Source of the DNA: an uncultured bacterium
GTDB lineage: Bacteria > Abyssobacteria > SURF-5
Assembly (NCBI GenBank): GCA_964607485.1
Contig: CAZSKP010000002.1
Span: 43,907 to 107,906, forward strand
Direction of reading: 5' to 3'
Length of the DNA stretch: 64,000 bases
Each line of letters opens with the position of its first letter. Position 1 is the stretch's first letter. Shown here one piece after another: positions 38,901 through 47,747 of this stretch. The notes below the pieces were generated by a model. That model was not told where the DNA came from, ran no database searches, and worked only from the letters and a program-made list of their open reading frames with translations. The position numbers and the translations under genes were made by a program.

Positions 38901-38988
38901 CAAACAGGAGAGGTGCACCCTCACCCGCAACGGCATACGCTATCTGAGTTCCATCAGCGCTGGTGCAGTAGCGAATCTGTGCTTCCAT
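35911..38988 (-). CDS. alpha/beta-hydrolase-like (degenerate) + Ser/Thr kinase + TolB-like + TPR protein
   Basis: GEGGMG, VALK, HRDIK, DFG, YMSPE; SIAVLPF...QEYFCDG; TPRs. Hydrolase elbow reads GAHDG. Confidence 0.93.
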   Translation of the reverse strand: MEAQIRYCTSADGTQIAYAVAGEGAPLLFVPTWCGNLEHEWKHPQLRNFGQSLAQEHLFVQMDRRGVGLSQHGIGDISLEAHVADLRAVAADLQIEHFDLIGAHDGTVVSMAFAAQHPERISRLVLWAPYSHGEELGSSEHIHGIAELSRKHWSLAPRAIADFSFPSGPIELQRWFARQLRESVLPEIAARYWESFIFTNIRAYLPQVKAPTLILHRRYDRSVPVSAGRRLATLIQDARFIELEGDMAGPYAGDISYLESVKQFLEGREASASKPVSTLSPSLIGKTISHYKILEKLGEGGMGVVYKAEDTKLKRQVALKFLPPELTRSDEWQQRFLREAQAAASLAHPNICTIHEIDETEGQAFIAMEYIDGNNLTELIELGPVDVGEAVDLAIQMAEGLQEAHEKGIIHRDIKTANIMVTRRGHARIMDFGLAKLAGQTRLTKTATIMGTVAYMSPEQAHGESAIDHRTDIWSLGVVLYEMLTGRQPFAAPTDAGLIYKIVHEEPKPITSIRREVPEALAQAVKKMMQKQPQVRYENMEAVLSDLKAIRAGATPQIVVEEKIAPSIAVLPFVDMSPGSDQEYFCDGISESLINELTQLRDLKVIARTSAFSFKGQNLDIREIGRKLGVGTVLEGSIQKAGNRLRITAQLVNTVRGEHLWSEKYDREMEDIFAIQDEISGAIVERLKPKLLGEEKAKLAQRQTVDLEAYNLYLKGRYFWNKQTDEDLHKAIACFEQAIEVNPQYALAHVGIADSYLVLGTYSFLPPREAFPKARQAALRALEINEKLAEAYASLGAVKAAYDWDWEGAEKDLQKSIRLNPNYAEAHHFYGHYLTALARFEEGIKEMNRAREIDPLSHIINRCYGTSFLVARQYNRAIEAFHNTIELNPSLSFVHVLLGYAYLGEGLLEKAMAEFEEERRLSKRSNLALEIQMGSVNAMLGRKEEAQKALDVFQERSMQEYVPAHMLANLYFQLGKDDEGFRWLEEAYEERDIGLSQFLKTSPVFDNLSNDARYISLLKKMNLEQ

Positions 38989-39071
38989 CAGCCTTCTTCT
39001 CGTATCTTATGCACTACGCCCGTCCCGCGCTTTTCGAGGATCTTCTGGTGGGATGTGGTCTGGCCGATCAT
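38988..39071 (-). pseudogene. degenerate kinase N-terminus remnant forming a 27-aa linker ORF
   Basis: MIGQTTSHQKILEKRGTGVVHKIREEG*, with ATGA overlap upstream and TGATG overlap downstream. Confidence 0.8.
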
Positions 39072-42000
39072 GTGTCCAGGTTCATCCTCTCAAGCATCTC
39101 GATGTATCTCGGATCCGAGCGAACGGGATCCATCAATTGGTGCACTTTGAGTTGGCTCATGAATGGGTCGCGCATCTCATACCCCTTTTCAAGCCACTGA
39201 AACCCTTGATCGTTCTCTCCGAGCGAAAAACATAAACACGCCATGTAAAATGGTGGTGTATATTCCTGGCTCGATCGTTCTGTCAGATCGCTCAGCACGT
39301 GCTTTGCTCGATCCTTATCGCCGGTAATCGCATGGAGGCATCCAATAACAGCCTCTGTAGTGAAAGGTGCTCCGACTCTGCCTTTCCTCAGCCTTTTTTC
39401 TTCCTGCAATTCCGCCAGTGCTTCTTCATACATTGATTTTCCCATGTATGCTAATCCGAGCACCCCATGGGTATACGTAAAGGCGGGATCCATCTCGACT
39501 GTTTTCTTCAATGCTTCTATCGCCCTATCATACTTCCTGGCGAACATGAATATCATGCCGAGATTTCTGTGGAATACAATATGGAGGGGATCGAGTTGAA
39601 TCGCCCGTTGCATCTCATCGATGGCCTTGTTGAACCTCGCCGTGGCCATCAGAAAATTCGCATATATACCATGACCAACAGCATTGCCCGGATTCAACTC
39701 CATGGCTCGTTTGAGTCCCTGCTCTGCACCCTGCCAATCCCAATCATTCAAAGCTTTGATCATTGCCAGGGAGACATGAGCCTCGACAAGTGTGTCGTCA
39801 AGCTCCAGCGCTTTCTGTGCTGCCTCTCTTCCTTTCGTGAACATCTCCCGTGACGGTAATGCCAAATAAAGCGGAAGCGAAAAGTAGAGCTCAGCCAGCC
39901 CCGCATACGCTGGCGCGTAGTTCGGAAATTCTTCAATCGTCCGTTCATAGTACTCGATCGCCTTTTTCACGCCTTCATCCGTCCGCTTGCCCCAGAAATA
40001 GCGGGCCTTCAGATACAAATTATAGGCGTCAAGATCCACGGTCCGGCGCTTCCCAAAATGTGCCTTGTCTTTTCCCAGCAGTTTGACCTTGAGCATGTCA
40101 ACAATTGCCAGCGTGATCTCGTCCTGAATGGCGAACACGTCGTCCATCTCTCTGTCTAATCGTTCGGACCACAGGTGATAACCATCAGCCACTTTGACAA
40201 GCTGAGCTGTTATTCGCAGCCTGTTTCCTGCTTTTTGAATGCTTCCCTCTAATACAGTTCCGACACCAAGCTTCCTTCCGATTTCGCGGATGTCAAGGCT
40301 CTGACCTTTAAACGAAAATGCAGAGGTGCGGGCGATGACTTTCAAATCGCGGAGCTGCGTCAGTTCATTGATGAGCGATTCGGAGATGCCATCGCAGAAG
40401 TATTCCTGGTCTTTCGCCGGGCTCATGTCGACGAACGGCAGGACTGCAATCGACGGGCTAGGCTTCTCGCGTGTCTCTATCTTCGGCGCCGCACCCGCCC
40501 TGATCGCTCTCAGGTCTGAAAGCAAAGCCGCCGCATCCTCATATCGTTCCTGAGGATTCTTTTGGAGCATCTTGCGGATCGACTGTTCCAAAGCAGGCGG
40601 AATATCGCTCCGCAATTTCGATACCGGTTCCGGCTCCTCATAGATGATCTTATGAATCACGGCGGCATCGGATGGAGCGTCGAAGGGGGGATTTCCGGTC
40701 AGCATCTTGTAGAGCACCACACCCAGCGACCAGATGTCGGTGCGGTTATCAATTGTAGCTTCACCGCTCGCCTGTTCGGGCGACATGTAAGCCACCGTGC
40801 CCATAATGGTGGCGGTCTTTGTCAATCTTGTTCGTCCGGCTAGTTTGGCAAGACCGAAATCCATAATCTTTACCTGGCCCCTACTCGTTATCATTATGTT
40901 CGCGCTTTTTATGTCGCGGTGGATAATTCCCTTTTCGTGTGCTTCTCTGAGACCCTCGGCAATTTCTATCGCAATATCGATTGCTTCTTGTGTCTCAAGA
41001 ACGCCGGCTCCGACTTTCTCCTCCAGGCTTTGTCCATCGACATAGGGCATGGCGATGAATGTGTGCCCTTCGGCTTCATCAATTTCATAGACAGTACAGA
41101 TGTTCGGATAGTCCAATGCCGCCGCAGCTTGCGCTTCGAGGATGAATCGGGTCTTATCCTCGTCGGTGCCCATCATTTGCGGGGTGAAAAACTTCAGTGC
41201 AATGGTGCGTTTGAGCTTTGTATCCTCGGCCTTATACACCACCCCCATCCCGCCCTCGCCGAGCTTTCCGAGAATCCTGTAATGAGAGATGACTTCTCCA
41301 ACCATGTCCTTTTCGATGAGGCTCTGCGGCCGCGCCGGCATTCTGGCAGATTGCCGGTGCTTCCTTTCGTTCTCAAGAACCTCTTGGATGAATCTGTCGA
41401 TTTCTATTCCCATAGTCAGCAGTTCGGGCTCATGCGGCAGGATGGCGTGATTATTTCCTTCCAGCGGGAGAAAACGGGCGCCGGGTATTGTGGTGGCAAG
41501 CTCTCGGCCCAATTCGAACGGCACGATACCATCGCCCTTACGATGGATGACCAAAGTGGGAACGCTGACTTTGGGGAGGAGATCCCTCACATCGACATTT
41601 ATTTTTTCGGCGAAAAGCGCTGCGGCGGTCTCGGCAGAAGTGGAGGCCCGCTGCATCTCATTGAACTCACGAATCGAATCTCCGTCGGCCTCGGGCATGA
41701 ACAGGCCGGTGAACATCTGCCGAAATGCTGGATTGTCTCTGCCCCATCCATGCCGCATAAGGGTAAGCATGGCCTCGAATTGCGCTCGCCCTTCTGCTGT
41801 GTCCAAATCCAGCCCCGCAGGCTTCAGGCGCGCATATGAGCCATACAGCACAATATGGGTAACCCTTTCGGGATGGCGCACGGCGTAAGTGATTGCCGTG
41901 GGTCCTCCCTGTGAGATACCACTGAGACCGAATCGCTCGATACCCACGGCGTCCACAACAGCCTCAAGGTCGCGCACATGGGCTTCAAGCGAGAAATCGC

Positions 42001-42223
42001 TCACCTTATGGTCCGAGAGCCCCATCCCGCGCCCATCGTAACGGACATTGAGATACTGGGAGGCTGCAACTTCCAAAAGTGGACGCCAATACTGGCTTTT
42101 CCACTCATACTCAAGGTGGGTGAACCAACCCAGCACACGTATGATTGGCGGGCCCTCACCTACAACCGCATAGGCAATGCGCACACCGTCTGAAGTCGTG
42201 CAGAAGCGGATCTGCTGTTCCAT
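39068..42223 (-). CDS. alpha/beta-hydrolase + Ser/Thr kinase + TolB-like + TPR protein
   Basis: GISQGG elbow, HRKGD, GNNH; intact kinase motifs; SIAVLPF; TPRs. Confidence 0.94.
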   Translation of the reverse strand: MEQQIRFCTTSDGVRIAYAVVGEGPPIIRVLGWFTHLEYEWKSQYWRPLLEVAASQYLNVRYDGRGMGLSDHKVSDFSLEAHVRDLEAVVDAVGIERFGLSGISQGGPTAITYAVRHPERVTHIVLYGSYARLKPAGLDLDTAEGRAQFEAMLTLMRHGWGRDNPAFRQMFTGLFMPEADGDSIREFNEMQRASTSAETAAALFAEKINVDVRDLLPKVSVPTLVIHRKGDGIVPFELGRELATTIPGARFLPLEGNNHAILPHEPELLTMGIEIDRFIQEVLENERKHRQSARMPARPQSLIEKDMVGEVISHYRILGKLGEGGMGVVYKAEDTKLKRTIALKFFTPQMMGTDEDKTRFILEAQAAAALDYPNICTVYEIDEAEGHTFIAMPYVDGQSLEEKVGAGVLETQEAIDIAIEIAEGLREAHEKGIIHRDIKSANIMITSRGQVKIMDFGLAKLAGRTRLTKTATIMGTVAYMSPEQASGEATIDNRTDIWSLGVVLYKMLTGNPPFDAPSDAAVIHKIIYEEPEPVSKLRSDIPPALEQSIRKMLQKNPQERYEDAAALLSDLRAIRAGAAPKIETREKPSPSIAVLPFVDMSPAKDQEYFCDGISESLINELTQLRDLKVIARTSAFSFKGQSLDIREIGRKLGVGTVLEGSIQKAGNRLRITAQLVKVADGYHLWSERLDREMDDVFAIQDEITLAIVDMLKVKLLGKDKAHFGKRRTVDLDAYNLYLKARYFWGKRTDEGVKKAIEYYERTIEEFPNYAPAYAGLAELYFSLPLYLALPSREMFTKGREAAQKALELDDTLVEAHVSLAMIKALNDWDWQGAEQGLKRAMELNPGNAVGHGIYANFLMATARFNKAIDEMQRAIQLDPLHIVFHRNLGMIFMFARKYDRAIEALKKTVEMDPAFTYTHGVLGLAYMGKSMYEEALAELQEEKRLRKGRVGAPFTTEAVIGCLHAITGDKDRAKHVLSDLTERSSQEYTPPFYMACLCFSLGENDQGFQWLEKGYEMRDPFMSQLKVHQLMDPVRSDPRYIEMLERMNLDT

Positions 42224-42286
42224 CTATATCCCGCCCTCATTGAGCTTTTCGAGGATTTTGTAGTGGGATATGGTCTAGCCGATCAT
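42224..42286 (-). pseudogene. kinase N-terminus remnant with two amber stops
   Basis: MIG*TISHYKILEKLNEGGI*, directly before and in frame with ATG 42223. Confidence 0.85.
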
Positions 42287-44676
42287 TTGTCCAGGCCCAT
42301 GTTTTGCAGCATCTCATCGCATCTGGGGTCAGAGCGAATGCTGTCGAATGTTCTTTCGATTTTGAGGTAACGGAGGAAGAAGTCGCGCTTTTCATATGCT
42401 TTTTGCAGCCACTCAAAGCCCTTCTCTTTCTCGCCCAGGACGAGGTAGAGCCTTGCCATCCCCGACGGAGGGACATACCCTTTCTCCAAGTGTTTCAGCA
42501 AATCGTCCAGCGCTTCCCGCGCTTTGTCTTCCTGGCCGGCATACGCATAGGCGATCCCGATCCACGTTGCCACGACGGGATTCCAGCCTTTCGACAGGGC
42601 CTCCTCTTTCTTGAAGGCTTCCAAGGCCTCTTCGGGCATCGACTTTCCCAGATAGGTCAGACCGAGGTCGAGATGCGTATAGATGTAGTTCGGGTCCATC
42701 TCGATCGTCTTCTGTATAGCGTCGAGCGCACGGTCATACTCGCCTGCGTAGTAATACACGTGCCCGACCGTCCTGTTGGTCACGAGGGATAGCGGGTCCA
42801 AGTCGCGGGCCGTTTGTATCTCATCTATGGCCTCGTCGAACCGTCCGGTAAGAAGCAGCACGAATGCGTACCAGCGGTGCGCGATCGCATAGCCGGGATT
42901 CAGCTCGATGGCTCGCTTGCATTCCGCTTCGGCGCCTTCCCAGTCCCATTCGTAATTCATTTTTATCCAGGCCAGTGAGGCGTGCGCCTCGGCAAGCGTA
43001 TTGTCGATCTCCAGCGCTTTTTCAACCGCCGCCTTCGCCTTCACATATGCCTCTTTGGGCGAAAACGTGCTGTAAAGCGGGAGATTCATGTAGGCGTCGG
43101 CCATGCCGGCATAGGCCGGAGCATAGTCCGGCGCTTTCTCTATCGCCTGCTCGAAATATCTGATTCCATCCTGCAGCCCTTCCGCCGTCATCTTGTTCCA
43201 GAACCAGCGCCCCTTCAGGTAGAGCTTGTAAGCTTCAATATCCACGGTCGGACGGCCCGCGAATCTGGCCTGCTCTCCTCCCAGGAGCTTGACCTTCAGC
43301 TTGTCCACAATCGTCAGGGTGATCTCGTCCTGAATCGCAAAGATGTCTGCCATGCCGCGGTCGTATCGTGCGGACCAGAGATGGTAACCGTCGGCCACGT
43401 TGACGAGCTGTGCCGTCACCCGCAGTCGATCTCCCACTTTGCGCACGCTGCCTTCCAGCACCGTTTCCACATTCAATTCCCTGCCGATGTCGCGAATGTC
43501 GCGTTTCTCGCCCTTGAACGAAAAGGCCGACGTCCGGGCAACCACGTGCAGGCCCTTGAGCTGGGTTAACGCGTTAATGAGTTCCTCCGCCAATCCGTCA
43601 CAGAAGTACTCCTGGTCTCGTTCCGCGCTCATATCGACGAAGGGCAAGACGGCGATGGAAGGCAAACGGTCCGCTGCCGGCGTACGCGCTCCGGCGGCAG
43701 GCGGGGCGGGCTCGGACTTCGGGAGGAGAAGAACGGCCGCGGCGACCAGGCAGGCCAAAACGATAACGATGGCCGCGGCGACCACAATTCGCCTCGAGAA
43801 TTTCGGTTTTGCGATCCTTATCGTTCCCGTGCTCGGGCGCTTCTTGGTGATGCCGGCTCGTGTCTGCGGGTCCTGGAGAAGGCGAAGATCCTCAAGGAAT
43901 TCACGGACGCTCGCATATCGGTCTTCCTTGTCCTTGGCCATTGCCCGGGCCACAACGGCGTCCAGCTCGGGAGGCAAACCCGGTTTAGCAGGACTCAGAG
44001 TGGCCGGTTCCTCGTTGATGATTTTGTAGATTACCGAAGCGGGATTATTTCCCGTGAAGGGGGTCTCCCCCGTGAGCATCTCGTAAAGCACGACCCCCAG
44101 CGACCAGATGTCGGTGCGCTCGTCCGTGGCTTCGCCGCGTGTCTGCTCCGGAGACATATATTCCACCGTGCCCATGATCGTGGGCACTTTGGTGAGCCTC
44201 GTTCGACCGGCCAATTTGGCCAGTCCGAAATCCATGATCCGGGCCCGGCCCTTTTCGGTTATCATGATATTGGCGCTCTTTATGTCGCGGTGGATGATGC
44301 CCTTCTCATGCGCCTCCTGCAAGCCTTCGGCCACTTGGATGGCAATGTCCAGCGCCTCGTCCTGAGCCAGTGGACCGGACCTCAGTTTTTCCTCCAGATT
44401 CTGCCCGTCGACATAGGCCATCGCAATGAACGTCTGTCCCTCGGCCTCATCGATTTCGTATAGAGTGCAGATGTTGGAATGATCCAGCGCGGCCGCGGAC
44501 TGCGCTTCATAGACAAATCGCATCCTTTCTTCTTCGTTGCCCAGGCTTTGAGGAGAGAGGAATTTTATCGCGACCGTCCTCTTAAGCTTCGTATCCTCGG
44601 CCTTATACACCACGCCCATTCCGCCCTTGCCGAGCTTTTCAAGGATTTTGTAATGGGATATGGTTTTGCCGACCAT
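42283..44676 (-). CDS. membrane-anchored Ser/Thr kinase + TolB-like + TPR protein
   Basis: Start MVGKTISHY; TM IVVAAAIVIVLACLVAAAVLLL; SIAVLPF; TPRs. Confidence 0.93.
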   Translation of the reverse strand: MVGKTISHYKILEKLGKGGMGVVYKAEDTKLKRTVAIKFLSPQSLGNEEERMRFVYEAQSAAALDHSNICTLYEIDEAEGQTFIAMAYVDGQNLEEKLRSGPLAQDEALDIAIQVAEGLQEAHEKGIIHRDIKSANIMITEKGRARIMDFGLAKLAGRTRLTKVPTIMGTVEYMSPEQTRGEATDERTDIWSLGVVLYEMLTGETPFTGNNPASVIYKIINEEPATLSPAKPGLPPELDAVVARAMAKDKEDRYASVREFLEDLRLLQDPQTRAGITKKRPSTGTIRIAKPKFSRRIVVAAAIVIVLACLVAAAVLLLPKSEPAPPAAGARTPAADRLPSIAVLPFVDMSAERDQEYFCDGLAEELINALTQLKGLHVVARTSAFSFKGEKRDIRDIGRELNVETVLEGSVRKVGDRLRVTAQLVNVADGYHLWSARYDRGMADIFAIQDEITLTIVDKLKVKLLGGEQARFAGRPTVDIEAYKLYLKGRWFWNKMTAEGLQDGIRYFEQAIEKAPDYAPAYAGMADAYMNLPLYSTFSPKEAYVKAKAAVEKALEIDNTLAEAHASLAWIKMNYEWDWEGAEAECKRAIELNPGYAIAHRWYAFVLLLTGRFDEAIDEIQTARDLDPLSLVTNRTVGHVYYYAGEYDRALDAIQKTIEMDPNYIYTHLDLGLTYLGKSMPEEALEAFKKEEALSKGWNPVVATWIGIAYAYAGQEDKAREALDDLLKHLEKGYVPPSGMARLYLVLGEKEKGFEWLQKAYEKRDFFLRYLKIERTFDSIRSDPRCDEMLQNMGLDK

Positions 44677-44718
44677 TTGTTCGGGCCTATCTCTATAGGC
44701 AGCGCGGGCCATACTTCA

Positions 44719-45528
44719 TTATGATTTCACGCGCCTCAAGTCGGAGATTACTTCTGCCATGCTTTTGTGCCGGTCTTCGCTGTCCTTCGCCATCATCTTA
44801 CGGACACAGATTTCCAATGTCTCAGGCACATCTTTTCGCAGCCTCCGTATCCTGACGGGCTCATCCTTTGTGATTGACTTTATCATCTCGCCCACGTTGC
44901 GACCCGTGAACGGATGCGTGCCGGTCAGCATCCGATACATCACAACACCCAGCGACCAGATGTCTGTCCCGTAGCTAACAGGCTCGCCGACGGCTTGCTC
45001 GGGCGACATGAAGGGAACCGTGCCCAGAATTGCACGGGGCTTCGTGATGTCCTCCTTTTCGAGGGGTTTCGATAATCCGAAATCCAGAATCTTTACGACT
45101 CCTTCTTCATTGATCATGATGTTGCCGTCTTTGATGTCCCGGTGAATAATCTTCTTCTTGTGCGCCGCGTTCAAACCTCGTGCAGTCTGAAGTCCGATGC
45201 TGAGCGCTTCCTTTATGTCGAGCGGGCCCAGTTTGGTCATCTCACTGAGACTCCGGCCTTCAACATAAGCCATGGCTATGAATGTGTGACCTTCCACGGC
45301 ATCGACTTCATAGACGGTGCAGATGTTGGGATGATCCAGTTGCGCAACGGTCTGCGCCTCGCGCAAGAACCTCAGTCGCGCCTTTGGGTTCTTGAGCAGC
45401 TTCTCCGACATAATCTTGATGGCAACCGTCCTCTCCAGCCTCACGTCTTTCGCCTTGTAGACAGTGCTCCTGCCGCCGTCGCCGAGTTTCTCGATGATTT
45501 TGTAGCGTGATATGGTCTTTCCGATCAT
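44719..45528 (-). CDS. stand-alone Ser/Thr kinase domain
   Basis: 269 aa; GDGGRSTV, VAIK, HRDIKDGN, DFG, FMSPE. Confidence 0.9.
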   Translation of the reverse strand: MIGKTISRYKIIEKLGDGGRSTVYKAKDVRLERTVAIKIMSEKLLKNPKARLRFLREAQTVAQLDHPNICTVYEVDAVEGHTFIAMAYVEGRSLSEMTKLGPLDIKEALSIGLQTARGLNAAHKKKIIHRDIKDGNIMINEEGVVKILDFGLSKPLEKEDITKPRAILGTVPFMSPEQAVGEPVSYGTDIWSLGVVMYRMLTGTHPFTGRNVGEMIKSITKDEPVRIRRLRKDVPETLEICVRKMMAKDSEDRHKSMAEVISDLRRVKS

Positions 45529-47747
45529 TTGTCCAGTCCAATTTTCTTGAGGATTTCAATGTATCTGGGATCATGGCGCAAGTCAAGAATGTCCACGAAG
45601 GGGTGCACTTTGAGATAGCAGAGGTAAACATCGCGTTCCTCATATGCCTTGTCCAGCCACTCAAAACCCCGGTCATTCTCACCAAGGAATAAAGACAAGA
45701 ACCCCAGAAAGAAAGACGGCACATATTTTCGTCTTGATTGTTCCACCAGGCCTTCCAGCGCTTGCTGGAGCCCCTCTCTATTACCCATCATGCCCCATGT
45801 AAGGCCAACCCATGTCTCCACAAGTGGGTCCAGTCCAGTCGCACTCTCTTTCTCTTTTTGGAATTCCGACATTGCTTCTTTATACATCGACTTGATCCAA
45901 TATGCTATCCCGAGCAAGAAGTGTGTAATGCTGTAGTCCGGATACAGTTCGCTGGTTCTCGTCAGCACATCAATTGCCATATCGGGTTCGCGCGCAAACC
46001 AGAACAGAATAGCCGCGTCCCTGTTGACGAAGGGAGAAAGCGGATCCAGTTGGAGAGCCCACTTCATTTCTGCCATCGCTTCCTCTAGTCGGCCCGTGTA
46101 CATCAAATTGAAGGCATAGTCCGAATGGGAGAGTGCATTGCCGGGGTTGAGGTCCAGGGCTTGCCTGAACTCCTTGTCGGCGCCTTCCCAGTCCCAGTCG
46201 TACAGCTGTTTGATCATTCCCAGCGATTCATGTGCTTCGCCGAGAGTGTCATCCAGTTCGAGCGCCTTGAGGGCCGTCTTCCGCGCTTTCGGGAAAACTT
46301 CCTTCGGCGCGAAACCGAAGAATGAAAGCGCTCCCTGTGATATAGCAAGGCTGGCAAAGGCTGCTGCATAGTCCGGCTTCTCTTCTGTTGCCCGCTCGAA
46401 ATATCCGATTGCGGTCTCTAAATCGCTTCTTGTCATCCTATTCATATACCAGCGGCCTTTCAGATACAAGTTATAGGCTTCAAGGCCCACAGTATGGCGT
46501 CTGGCAAGTTTCGCTTTCTCCTCTCCTAGGAGCCTGGGCTTCAATTTATCCACTATCGCCGACGCTATTCCATCTTGGATCGCAAAAATATCATCCATTT
46601 CCCGGTCGTATCGTTCCGACCATAGGTGGCGACCACGGGTAGTTTCGACAAGCTGTGCAGTTATCCTCAACCTGTTGCCTGCTTTCCGCACGCTCCCTTC
46701 TAGCACGTTTTGCACATCCAATTCCCTGCCAATGTCACGAACATTCACGTTCTTACCCTTGAATGAGAAGGCGGATGTCCTGGCAATAACGTGCAAGTCT
46801 TCAAGCTGGGTCAACGCATTGATGAGCTCCTCTGCCAGACCATCACAGAAATATTCCTGCTCCGGGTCCGCGCTCATGTTGACGAAGGGAAGAACAGCAA
46901 TGGAAGGAGAGGATTTGCCTGCCATACTCACCATCCTTGATTTTGCGGTTCGAAGATCAAAAAGCAATGTCCGCATGTCCTCATGCCGCTCCCGAGGATT
47001 TTTTTGTAGCATTTTCCGGATTATGTTTTCCAATCCAGACGAGATGTCGTTCCGCAATTTCGATATCGGCGTCAGTTCTTCATAGATAATCTTATGAATC
47101 AGCGCGGCGTCCGACGGGGCATCGAAGGGTGGATACCCGGTGAGCATTTTGTAGAGCACTACGCCCAATGACCAGATGTCGGTGCGGTGGTCGATGGCCG
47201 TTTCCCCGCTGGCCTGCTCGGGCGACATGTAGGCCACCGTACCCATGATGGTGGATGTCTTGGTTAGCCGTGTGCGTCCCGCAAGCTTCGCGAGACCGAA
47301 GTCCATGATTCTTGCCTGGCCATCTTCGGTCACCATGATGTTCGCCGATTTGATGTCTCTGTGAATAATTCCTTTCTTGTGCGCTTCCGTCAGCCCTTCG
47401 GCAACCTGCATCGCAATATCGAGCGCTTCATGAACTTCAAGAACGCCGGATTCAACTTTCTCTTCCAGGCTCTGGCCATCCACATACGCCATGGCAATAA
47501 ATGTTCCTTCATCCGCTTCATCAATTTCATATACGGTGCAGATGTTCGGGTGGTCGAGTTTGGCGGCAGCCTTCGCCTCAAGGATAAAACGGGCCTTATC
47601 TTCCTCGGAACCTATCGCCTGCGGCGTGAGAAACTTTAGGGCAACCGTCCGCTCCAGCTTCGTATCCTCAGCCTTATACACCACACCCATCCCGCCTTCG
47701 CCGAGCTTTTCGAGGATCTTGTAGTGGGATATGGTTGTGCCGATCAT
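45525..47747 (-). CDS. Ser/Thr kinase + TolB-like + TPR protein (soluble)
   Basis: Intact kinase motifs, SIAVLPF, TPRs, no TM. Confidence 0.94.
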   Translation of the reverse strand: MIGTTISHYKILEKLGEGGMGVVYKAEDTKLERTVALKFLTPQAIGSEEDKARFILEAKAAAKLDHPNICTVYEIDEADEGTFIAMAYVDGQSLEEKVESGVLEVHEALDIAMQVAEGLTEAHKKGIIHRDIKSANIMVTEDGQARIMDFGLAKLAGRTRLTKTSTIMGTVAYMSPEQASGETAIDHRTDIWSLGVVLYKMLTGYPPFDAPSDAALIHKIIYEELTPISKLRNDISSGLENIIRKMLQKNPRERHEDMRTLLFDLRTAKSRMVSMAGKSSPSIAVLPFVNMSADPEQEYFCDGLAEELINALTQLEDLHVIARTSAFSFKGKNVNVRDIGRELDVQNVLEGSVRKAGNRLRITAQLVETTRGRHLWSERYDREMDDIFAIQDGIASAIVDKLKPRLLGEEKAKLARRHTVGLEAYNLYLKGRWYMNRMTRSDLETAIGYFERATEEKPDYAAAFASLAISQGALSFFGFAPKEVFPKARKTALKALELDDTLGEAHESLGMIKQLYDWDWEGADKEFRQALDLNPGNALSHSDYAFNLMYTGRLEEAMAEMKWALQLDPLSPFVNRDAAILFWFAREPDMAIDVLTRTSELYPDYSITHFLLGIAYWIKSMYKEAMSEFQKEKESATGLDPLVETWVGLTWGMMGNREGLQQALEGLVEQSRRKYVPSFFLGFLSLFLGENDRGFEWLDKAYEERDVYLCYLKVHPFVDILDLRHDPRYIEILKKIGLDK

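Noticed and set aside
42224-42286. Two in-frame TAG codons as possible pyrrolysine or amber read-through
   Set aside because: Best explained as point decay of the kinase-start motif. No pyl genes in the window.
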